Shown one piece after another: positions 56,407 to 64,000 of a stretch of 64,000 nt of DNA. Numbering within the stretch: the stretch's first letter is position 1; each line of letters begins with the position of its first letter. The notes beneath the pieces were generated by a model. That model worked only from the letters and a program-made list of their open reading frames with translations. It was not told the DNA's origin and ran no database searches. This stretch comes from a virus, in IMG/VR virus record IMGVR_UViG_3300042465_009257, positions 1 through 64,000 of that record, one strand, 5' to 3'. The translations under genes and the position numbers were made by a program.

Positions 56407-57567
56407 TTAAATCCTTTTAAAGAAATAAAGTGAGTCGCCGCTCTCCCAAAATTCATCATCTTGTAGAGCTTGACCCACTTCCCCCATTAAGCCTTCAATT
56501 CCTCGTCGGTAGTGCCAAATTGATGCGTAAGGCTTTCCTCTGCCCAAGATAACTTGGCGTGAGACAAATGAAGTTTTTGCAGTAACGCCTTCGACCTTTT
56601 CCAACTTTTTTGTATGGACTGGATTGAAATCAAGCAATTTTAGTCGGACATCACCTAATTTATCTTTATCGCCGATCCAGACAAGAGAATAAGGAATTCC
56701 AGATTTTTTAAGATTTTCTACTTGTTCAAAATTGCTTTCATTTTTAAGAAAATCATTATCCAAGAGTTGGAGTAGCTGGCCAATTCCTCCCTTTGCGGCT
56801 TTAAGGAAATCAAGAGATAAATATTTTTTCGTGACCATCGTAATTGGTCGTTTACGATGACGTAGAATTTCTCCAACCAAATTCTCATCATGCTTTAAAT
56901 CCATCCGAACTACTAAGTTATTATTTGCAATCTTTTCAAACTCTGGGACAAAGTCGGGAATGATCATCATTTGAGGCAGATAATACGCTTTACCAAAGCC
57001 AATCGTCTCCATTGGAATTCGGTCGGGCAAGCCCAGCATTTCTAAAGCTTTATTGGCGACATCTTCCGGCTTAATATTATTAACTTCCTTATTCGCTTCG
57101 TCCGGAAGATAGCTGGGTAGACCTTTTCTCGCAGATAGAGCCTCGTAGCGGCCTTTAAAGTATGGTCCGGTAGCTTCAGGAAGCGTAGAGCCGTAGAGCG
57201 CTAGAATCGGCGTATTTACAGCCCCGCCGAAATGAACAAAACAAGAATCTCCTGAAAGATGAAGCTTTGAATTTTGAACGATGAATGATGATTCGCGAAA
57301 AGATAGACCTGTTTTAGTTACACATCCTTTAATTGGAGTTTCTGAACTTTCACCGATTTGGACGATCCACATCCCCTTTTTCTGCAAAATTCCACTAATC
57401 ATTCTGACGACTTCTGGCCAATGATCATAATCTTTTGATTTTTGCCCTGTCTTTGGAGATAAAGAAATATAATCTCCTAAAATTGGATGGAAATTAACTG
57501 GGAATTCATGTGGAGTTTCTGGAATTTTAACTCCCGCCGCCAATGCGTAATGTTCTAGAATTTTCAA
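56407..57567 (-). CDS. glycosyltransferase family 9-like
   Basis: KDYDHW, VQIG, HLSGDS...H, ALYG.T.P...GP. Confidence 0.75.
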   Translation of the reverse strand: MKILEHYALAAGVKIPETPHEFPVNFHPILGDYISLSPKTGQKSKDYDHWPEVVRMISGILQKKGMWIVQIGESSETPIKGCVTKTGLSFRESSFIVQNSKLHLSGDSCFVHFGGAVNTPILALYGSTLPEATGPYFKGRYEALSARKGLPSYLPDEANKEVNNIKPEDVANKALEMLGLPDRIPMETIGFGKAYYLPQMMIIPDFVPEFEKIANNNLVVRMDLKHDENLVGEILRHRKRPITMVTKKYLSLDFLKAAKGGIGQLLQLLDNDFLKNESNFEQVENLKKSGIPYSLVWIGDKDKLGDVRLKLLDFNPVHTKKLEKVEGVTAKTSFVSRQVILGRGKPYASIWHYRRGIEGLMGEVGQALQDDEFWESGDSLYFFKRI

Positions 57568-57585
57568 AATAAGAATTATGTATAA

Positions 57586-59574
57586 TTATGCCGCGTTTTC
57601 CCCGCTTGTCAATTTAAAATTTGTAGAATTTGGATTAAACTCTTGGAGGTCGCACCCGTTGTGAATAGCTCCGCGCCAAGTTTGCGGGGAAATCCAAACA
57701 TCTACCCATTTTTGATGATTGCGTGTCCCTTCCCAAAGTTCAAAATGTTTCACGCCAGTATATGGAACAAATCCAGTAATATAGTCTAGATGTTGGTAGA
57801 TTTCTACATATTGAGGCAAACAACATACATAAATATCCCATTCTGAAACTGGGTAAAGTTCTCGGAGACGATCTAGAACTGTTAATCCAATATAGGAATC
57901 TCCGTAGTCGCCAGACATGTCCCACATCAGTCGTTTTTTACCATTATCTTTGAAAAATTCAGAAGGATCAAAGGGTTTGCCCATTTTCTGATCAACCATC
58001 TTTTTGGACTCCTCATAAATTTGTTGGCGAGTCGTTCCGCTTGCAAACCGCTGCGTTATTGTCTTAAAATCTTGATGATCCTCATTAATTTTATTTCCAA
58101 AAAAGTTCCAAACTAATTCTTTAATGAATTCTGGTTCATCTGTAGCAGTTGGGAAGGGCGCGTTTGGATTTAACCTCTCTGTTCTGAAATCAAAAGAATA
58201 ATTTGAAATTGGCAATTGATCTAAATATTCCTCAATAGTTTTTAATGTTACATCTGGATGAATCGTTTTCATCGCCCATTCACGGAACTTTAATCCTTTT
58301 TGTTTAGACTCTTCTGGATTATTATAGACCTCCTCCATAAAATCGCAGATGGATTCAGTAGAAGGGACTGCTTTTTTATAAAGGCTTCCCATCTCTTTAT
58401 CAAAAGCATAGGTGATAGGGAAAACAGCATTTGATTCCATAAACATCTCCCCAAAAGAGTAGTCAACGGTAGCTGTATAAACTCCAGCGAAAGCGGCCTC
58501 GGCCACTGTCAGTTCAAATCCTCCTGAATTAATTGGAGCGACATATCCGTTAAAAAGATTATAAAGTTCAACTAAATCATTTTCTAGTATTCCTTTTTCA
58601 ATCGAAATATTCTTAAGGGCTTTAGCTGTGCCGCACTTTGGACAATCATTCTCCGGTCCTTCAATTTCTTTCAAAACTGTCTCGCCGCAACTATGACAAG
58701 TGTGGGCGCACAAAACGTCTTTTGGGTCTAATCCAGCATGTTCGACTCCTAGCTTTAAATTCCAGCCTTCTAGAAAATTAGTACAAAAAACGAATTTAGA
58801 TTTTACGCTTGGATTACGGGTTTGGAATTCTTTAAGCCCATCAATAGCTGCAATCATTCTTTTGCGCGTTTGGTTACGACTGACGAATCCAAAGACAAGA
58901 CAGTCTTCATCAATTCCGTATTTTTTCCTGACGTTTTTTTTCTCTTCGTCATCGAATACACGATAAGGACCAACTTCCATTAAACATGGCCAAAGCCCCA
59001 CATGAGAATGACCCAAGCGGTGAAGATCTTTTTGAGCAAAAGAAGACTTAACGAAAAAGCGTTTTGACTTTTTTACTCCATCTAATAGCATTTCCATGGC
59101 AGGAAGTGAATCAACTGGCGTCTGGATGATGGTATTAAATTTATCCCACCACTCTGTTTCCCAGTAAGGAACGAAAGCTTTATCAGAGAATTTGCGCAAA
59201 ACAGACATCGCCCAAATATCCTCTACAGCTAAGAAAATATCTGGTTTAACTTCCTTAAGAACGCTTTCAATCCGCGCCGCTCCATAAGCAACCATCCTTT
59301 GCAGGTTGGGATCATGATTGCCATTACTATCCTTTGCTAAACCAACGAAAACTGATGATTCATCAGCAGGAATTCCTCCGTAACATTTCCATGGACGCGC
59401 TCTTAGTTTTGGGCTTTCTTCTACTGCCCCTTGGGCAAACTCATGAACTTCCCATTTTTTTGATCCATCTGGATTTTTACGGGAATAGAGGTAGCGAAGA
59501 AGAACTTTGAGATTTTTTGAAAAACCTGTTTGAAGATCAGCAGATGTACTGGAAATAAGAATTTTACGTGGCAT
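57586..59574 (-). CDS. GT4-like glycosyltransferase with inserted zinc ribbon and extra C-terminal domain
   Basis: TGF, RNQ.RK, CHSC..CPKC, GGFEL...EA; C-terminal GD motif. Confidence 0.75.
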   Translation of the reverse strand: MPRKILISSTSADLQTGFSKNLKVLLRYLYSRKNPDGSKKWEVHEFAQGAVEESPKLRARPWKCYGGIPADESSVFVGLAKDSNGNHDPNLQRMVAYGAARIESVLKEVKPDIFLAVEDIWAMSVLRKFSDKAFVPYWETEWWDKFNTIIQTPVDSLPAMEMLLDGVKKSKRFFVKSSFAQKDLHRLGHSHVGLWPCLMEVGPYRVFDDEEKKNVRKKYGIDEDCLVFGFVSRNQTRKRMIAAIDGLKEFQTRNPSVKSKFVFCTNFLEGWNLKLGVEHAGLDPKDVLCAHTCHSCGETVLKEIEGPENDCPKCGTAKALKNISIEKGILENDLVELYNLFNGYVAPINSGGFELTVAEAAFAGVYTATVDYSFGEMFMESNAVFPITYAFDKEMGSLYKKAVPSTESICDFMEEVYNNPEESKQKGLKFREWAMKTIHPDVTLKTIEEYLDQLPISNYSFDFRTERLNPNAPFPTATDEPEFIKELVWNFFGNKINEDHQDFKTITQRFASGTTRQQIYEESKKMVDQKMGKPFDPSEFFKDNGKKRLMWDMSGDYGDSYIGLTVLDRLRELYPVSEWDIYVCCLPQYVEIYQHLDYITGFVPYTGVKHFELWEGTRNHQKWVDVWISPQTWRGAIHNGCDLQEFNPNSTNFKLTSGENAA

Positions 59575-59630
59575 TGTGTATAGAATTGTAAGATATTTTT
59601 TAGACTTTGTCAAATTATTTTCACATAAAA

Positions 59631-59658
59631 TTTCCTTCTACCAGTTTCCGCTTGTAAT
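59631..59658 (+). promoter_or_regulatory. class II (putative late) promoter
   Basis: TTTCC-N17-TGTAAT. Confidence 0.7.
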
Positions 59659-59668
59659 TAAAAGTATT

Positions 59669-59824
59669 ATGAGAACTAAAACTAAAACTGAAAAATATAC
59701 ATTCACCTTTGATAAGCCTACCGTAGAACTTTTGGCTAGAATTGTGGATTTTACTGAAATGAGTCAAATTAAAATTGTTACTCGCGCTATTGAAGATTAC
59801 GCGAAAAAGAAAGGGGTCGAATAA
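59669..59824 (+). CDS. small RHH-like protein (51 aa)
   Basis: MRTKTKTEKYTFTFDKPTVELLARIVDFTEMSQIKIVTRAIEDYAKK. Confidence 0.7.
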   Translation: MRTKTKTEKYTFTFDKPTVELLARIVDFTEMSQIKIVTRAIEDYAKKKGVE

Positions 59825-59825
59825 G

Positions 59826-60917
59826 ATGGATATTGAAGACGAAGAGGAGGAAGATAACCGCCAAAGGTGTATCTACAAAATAACTTGTCTCTTAAACGGG
59901 AAAATCTATATCGGTCAGACTGTTCATTTTGACAAAAGGATGACTCAGCATAAAAATAATAATGGAAAGGCTACTACGATGTATATTGATCGGGCTATTG
60001 AATTTCACGGAGTCGATAATTTTGTTAACGAAATTATTTGTAATTGTCGAAATCTGACTCACGCTAACGAAATGGAGAAATTTTTTATCGCCTTCTATGA
60101 TACGTTTGAAGGGGATGGATACAACTTAACCGAGGGAGGGAGTAACGCAAAAAAATCCCTTTCGGTGAAAAAGAAGATGTCAAAAGCAAAACAAGGCTGG
60201 AAACCTGCATCCTCGAAAAGACTCTTTCTTGGCGTTTCCACACGGAAGGGAAGTAAATCTTTCACCACCACGGTATCTGTCGGATTAAGTAACTCAAAAA
60301 GTAAAAACTTTCCTACTCAAATTGAAGCGGCAGAAGCGTATGATAAGGTTGTTTTGTTTATTTTTGGAAACGATGCGGTTTTAAACTTTCCTGAGAAGCT
60401 AGATGATTATTTATCATTGGATCTTGAATTATTCTACAATTTATTTATTTTTAACAATTCGCCGAGATATAGTAATTTTGTTGGAGTTACAAAAAAGAAA
60501 GATAAATTTGGAAATTTAAAATGGACAGTTCTTTTCCAAGGGAGGCTCCGTAAAATTTTGTACGCTCAAATAAGAGAAACTGGAGGGGATTTCATTCCAT
60601 TAGAATTTTTCGACACTGAAATAGATGCTGCAATCTTTTCTGATAAATTTATTTTTTACTTTGATCTACCATGTCGCTTTAATTTTCCCGAAATTATTGT
60701 AAATCTATCGAAAACAGAACTAGCTTCAATTTTTGCAGAAAGGATAAAAACAAGATATTGTGCATATACTGGAGTCAGCTTTAGCCGTGGGAAATGGATA
60801 AAATTTTATACCGATAGCAAGGGTCAGCATAGAACTATCCGGGGTGGCCACGCTACCGCTGATGAGGCTCATATCGCTCGTCAAGAGTTCCTTCTGCAAA
60901 ACGAAAAATCCCAGTAA
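59826..60917 (+). CDS. GIY-YIG homing endonuclease with AP2-like repeats
   Basis: CIYKI..IYIGQT, E, GYNLTEGG; F.GV...EAAEAYD...LNFP repeats. Confidence 0.85.
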   Translation: MDIEDEEEEDNRQRCIYKITCLLNGKIYIGQTVHFDKRMTQHKNNNGKATTMYIDRAIEFHGVDNFVNEIICNCRNLTHANEMEKFFIAFYDTFEGDGYNLTEGGSNAKKSLSVKKKMSKAKQGWKPASSKRLFLGVSTRKGSKSFTTTVSVGLSNSKSKNFPTQIEAAEAYDKVVLFIFGNDAVLNFPEKLDDYLSLDLELFYNLFIFNNSPRYSNFVGVTKKKDKFGNLKWTVLFQGRLRKILYAQIRETGGDFIPLEFFDTEIDAAIFSDKFIFYFDLPCRFNFPEIIVNLSKTELASIFAERIKTRYCAYTGVSFSRGKWIKFYTDSKGQHRTIRGGHATADEAHIARQEFLLQNEKSQ

Positions 60918-60985
60918 CTTTCCTGGGTGTCAAGTGAGGGAGAAACAATATTAAAAACCCTCACTGCAATTTTTATTTTTTCAGA

Positions 60986-61633
60986 TTAAAAGGGGATTTC
61001 CGAACTCTCTAGATCATCACTCACATCCTTATAATCTCCACCCGATTCTTTCTTAACGGTTTTCGTAGTAGGCGTTGGATTAGCCTTCAGTTTTTCCCCG
61101 AGGGCAGTCATCTGGTCTTGATAAAACTGGTTGACTTCAAAATAATCCTTATCGATTTCGCCGCTTTTTTTCTTGGTGACTTCGACTTCTGGGACTGCGC
61201 TGTCACCTTTTTCGTATTTTGCTTTAACAGTTTCGCCCTTTTGACGGACAGCAAAGCTTTCGTAATTTTCACGATTCCTAAAAAACGAGATTTCTACATC
61301 ATCTGTTCCATTCAAGTTTAGAATTCGATTGAACAGACTGCGAGTTGGAACCTTGAAGGTAAACTCTGCAATGTACTTTTCACCAGCTTCCTCATCTTCC
61401 AGAGTAATGGCAATCAGACTTAGGGGTTTCGCCGGGGCGGGCAGTGGAACGAGCTTATGCGCTACTGCTACTAGTTTACCAGAGAAGCGGTCTGTGGACC
61501 CATCTTCTTTCCATTCTCCATTGATCTTGCGACGAATGAAGAACGCTGGTTCAATTTCTTTTCCATCTTTCTTTGCGCGAGGGCTTAGGAATACCAACGA
61601 GCTATTTGATTCTTGTTCTTTACGACCGAGCAT
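60986..61633 (-). CDS. single-stranded DNA-binding protein-like
   Basis: beta-rich core with acidic tail ending EIPF, next to polymerase. Confidence 0.55.
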   Translation of the reverse strand: MLGRKEQESNSSLVFLSPRAKKDGKEIEPAFFIRRKINGEWKEDGSTDRFSGKLVAVAHKLVPLPAPAKPLSLIAITLEDEEAGEKYIAEFTFKVPTRSLFNRILNLNGTDDVEISFFRNRENYESFAVRQKGETVKAKYEKGDSAVPEVEVTKKKSGEIDKDYFEVNQFYQDQMTALGEKLKANPTPTTKTVKKESGGDYKDVSDDLESSEIPF

Positions 61634-61773
61634 TGTGTGCTTTTCTTATTTATTGTTGCTTTTGATTGGGGAAGAAAACGCTCTTCCTTGATGTATTATA
61701 CATCTAAACCCAGAAAAAGAGAAAGTCTATTTTAACTATTTCTCTAAATAATTGGTGAAGATGATAAATTCTT

Positions 61774-64000
61774 TTAATTAAGGGCCGCGCCCTCAATATT
61801 TTGGGATTTGCCAAGAGCTTTTTGTTCTTTCTCTTGATGTTTATTCAAATCGGAAACGCGGCTGTAGATTTTAAGAGCTTGAATTTCAGCCAGATCAATA
61901 AAAATTAAAGGATCTTCGCCGCCGCCCTTCTGACCACGGATATAAATCAACTGTCCTTCTTCCGGTTCGCCAAATTTCGCCAAATAACTCAGCCATTTAT
62001 CTCCTGTAAATAATGACTCAATATTACCTGTCTCATCTGCCAAAGTGATTTTTGCATATTTATTCCCAGATTTTTTAGCTGTGCCGGTTTTTATCTCTTT
62101 AACCTCCGCAACGACTTGGAGTCGCTCTTTTTCATAAAGTTCAGTTTTAATCTGTCCGATTTTAGAAAGGTCAGGATATTCGTCAAAGAGTTCTGAAAGG
62201 GTGATACTAGGGCAGTATCCGAGGAGCTTCTTTTCGAAGAGCCATTGGGAGACCATGGGATTTTTGGAGTTCTCTTTGTAGATTTCGAAGTAGCTGGCGC
62301 AATTTTTACGGAGAGTAGCCAAGCGTGATTCTTTGCCGATGGGTTTACCGTTCAGGCCAATCCATTCCAAATAACTTTTCATCATAGAAATTAGATCAAA
62401 ATTATGAGACTTCCCATTTTCAAGACAATAGTTCTGTTCTTTTGTTGTAAGCTCTTTCCAGATTTTAGAACAGAGAACGGTTTTTTGTCTATCGAATGGA
62501 GCAAGATCCTCCAAAACCCCACATTCAATTAAAGCTGAAATAACAGTGGAGTTAACCTTTGATTGCTGTGCCGCTTGGAATACTTCAAATAAATTTGCAG
62601 TATCTTTTTGAATAAAGCTTTGAATATTGGCAATAGATTTTTCTGAAATCCCTTTAATAGCTTCTAATCCAAAACGGATATTCGGTCCCTCTAGTTTGAA
62701 ATCTCTTTCAGATTTAGTCAGTGATGGGGGTAGAAGTTTCAAATTAAAAGATGGCATCTCTTGGACCAAGATGGACACTTCTTCCGCTTGGTCTTGCTTA
62801 TCTTTTGATAAACGTAAAGCTTCCAAAAAGAAATGACTGGGATGATTAAACTTTAAGTATACACTTAAAGCACATAACTTGCTATAACAAAAACTGTGAG
62901 AAAAATTGAAAAGATAATCCGCTGACATCAACGCTAGACTCCATAATTTCTTTCCAGCCTCAATATCAATATTATTCTCTGCACATTTGTCATAAATTTT
63001 TTGCTCCCACTGTGCAATCTCATCAACCTTCTTTTTCCCTACGATGCGCCGAATATCATCAGCTTCGCTTAAACTAAAACCAATTTTTACAAAAAGAGCC
63101 ATGAGAGATTCTTGATAAATCATAACTCCTCCAGTCTTATTCAAAATTTCATCAAACAAAGGATGAACACTTGGCTTATCTCCAACTCCATTAACATAAT
63201 CTGCATACTGATCCAAAAAGACAAAACTTCCAGGGCGGCAAATAGCCAATACCGCCGATAGATCGTTCATCGATTTTGGTTTAATTTTATTTAATCCTCT
63301 CTTTGCGCTATCGCCAGAAATCTGGAATAGATTAGATGCACTTTCTAAATTTTGGAGATGACAATAGATATCGTCCCAACTTTCATAATTAATCTTAGAA
63401 ATATCAATCCCTAATGTCTTTACGATATTATCAAAAAGAGTAACTGATTGTAATCCTAAAAGATCAAGTTTGATTGTTGAAATTTCTGCGACATGAGCAT
63501 CTGCCGAAGTTACAATTTCTCCATCATTTCCATACTGCAAAGGCATGAAATCATTAAGAGGGTAATAAGAAATAATATAAGCTGAGGCGTGACTCCCGAA
63601 ATTTTTAATACAATTCTGTAGCTTCTTCACGCACCCGAATATCTCTGGATTATTATCTGCAAATTGTTTTATCTTCTCAGATTCTTCATACGCGGCTTCA
63701 GGTCTAGCGACTTTACCGAATTTAACAGGAATTTCATCTGAATAAACTTTAACCTGCTCTTCTGATAATCCACCGATAACTTTCCCAGCGTCTTTTAATA
63801 AAGCCTTTGTAGTTTGTGTGTTATAGGTCGAAAGTTTTGCGAATTTACCTGGATATTTCCCAGTCAAATATTCAATTACTTTATCTCTAGCTTCGGCCCC
63901 GTAATCGCAATCAATATCGCATAAAGACCCTGCTAAAAAAGTAACTCCATCAATAATTGAAGTTTTTGCGCGGGAAAGAGAAATAAATCTCTCGAAATAT
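61774..64000 (-). CDS. dnaE: DNA polymerase III alpha subunit (5' end outside window)
   Basis: FERF, CDIDCD, HASA, KLDLLGL, FQ, RPG, YQE, FN.SH...Y, RFGL.AIKG, OB fold; frame open to window edge. Confidence 0.9.
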   Translation of the reverse strand, partial: YFERFISLSRAKTSIIDGVTFLAGSLCDIDCDYGAEARDKVIEYLTGKYPGKFAKLSTYNTQTTKALLKDAGKVIGGLSEEQVKVYSDEIPVKFGKVARPEAAYEESEKIKQFADNNPEIFGCVKKLQNCIKNFGSHASAYIISYYPLNDFMPLQYGNDGEIVTSADAHVAEISTIKLDLLGLQSVTLFDNIVKTLGIDISKINYESWDDIYCHLQNLESASNLFQISGDSAKRGLNKIKPKSMNDLSAVLAICRPGSFVFLDQYADYVNGVGDKPSVHPLFDEILNKTGGVMIYQESLMALFVKIGFSLSEADDIRRIVGKKKVDEIAQWEQKIYDKCAENNIDIEAGKKLWSLALMSADYLFNFSHSFCYSKLCALSVYLKFNHPSHFFLEALRLSKDKQDQAEEVSILVQEMPSFNLKLLPPSLTKSERDFKLEGPNIRFGLEAIKGISEKSIANIQSFIQKDTANLFEVFQAAQQSKVNSTVISALIECGVLEDLAPFDRQKTVLCSKIWKELTTKEQNYCLENGKSHNFDLISMMKSYLEWIGLNGKPIGKESRLATLRKNCASYFEIYKENSKNPMVSQWLFEKKLLGYCPSITLSELFDEYPDLSKIGQIKTELYEKERLQVVAEVKEIKTGTAKKSGNKYAKITLADETGNIESLFTGDKWLSYLAKFGEPEEGQLIYIRGQKGGGEDPLIFIDLAEIQALKIYSRVSDLNKHQEKEQKALGKSQNIEGAALN

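Noticed and set aside
5925-60917. Group I introns or inteins hosting the endonucleases
   Set aside because: Nucleases are antisense to neighbours with their own promoters; no intein termini or intron core recognised; the visible part of dnaE shows no intein.
60905-60933. Antisense promoter at the end of the last endonuclease
   Set aside because: TTGACA present but no TAnnnT at 16-17 nt spacing.
1-64000. Alternative genetic code (stop reassignment)
   Set aside because: Long conserved genes are uninterrupted in the standard code and TAA, TAG and TGA all terminate genes; short array ORFs have their own conserved starts.

Overview
AT-rich segment of a large dsDNA bacteriophage genome. Most genes are small, lie on the minus strand, lack Shine-Dalgarno sites and are often leaderless behind TTGAC(A/T)-N16/17-TAnnnT promoters. 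Recognisable functions: partial DNA polymerase III alpha, SSB-like protein, sigma factor, RNA ligase/kinase/phosphoesterases, a glycosyl/methyl-transferase cluster, GHKL and AAA ATPases, a C1 protease and a tRNA-like gene with an abnormal anticodon arm. Three structures stand out. (1) A 7.7-kb tandem array (14862-22569) of about 32 translationally coupled paralogous mini-genes built from S-V-x-x repeats, lying directly downstream of a DUF6745-like gene that lacks the repeat segment this family usually carries internally. (2) Seven antisense homing-endonuclease-like cassettes, six led by a small RHH/HTH gene, with shuffled modules; one leaves an orphan duplicate 3' end of the neighbouring gene. 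(3) A second promoter class, TTTCC-N17-TGTAA(T/A), in front of all nine plus-strand gene units plus one ORF-free site, usually back-to-back with a sigma70-like promoter. All family assignments are from motif recognition only; no database search was run.
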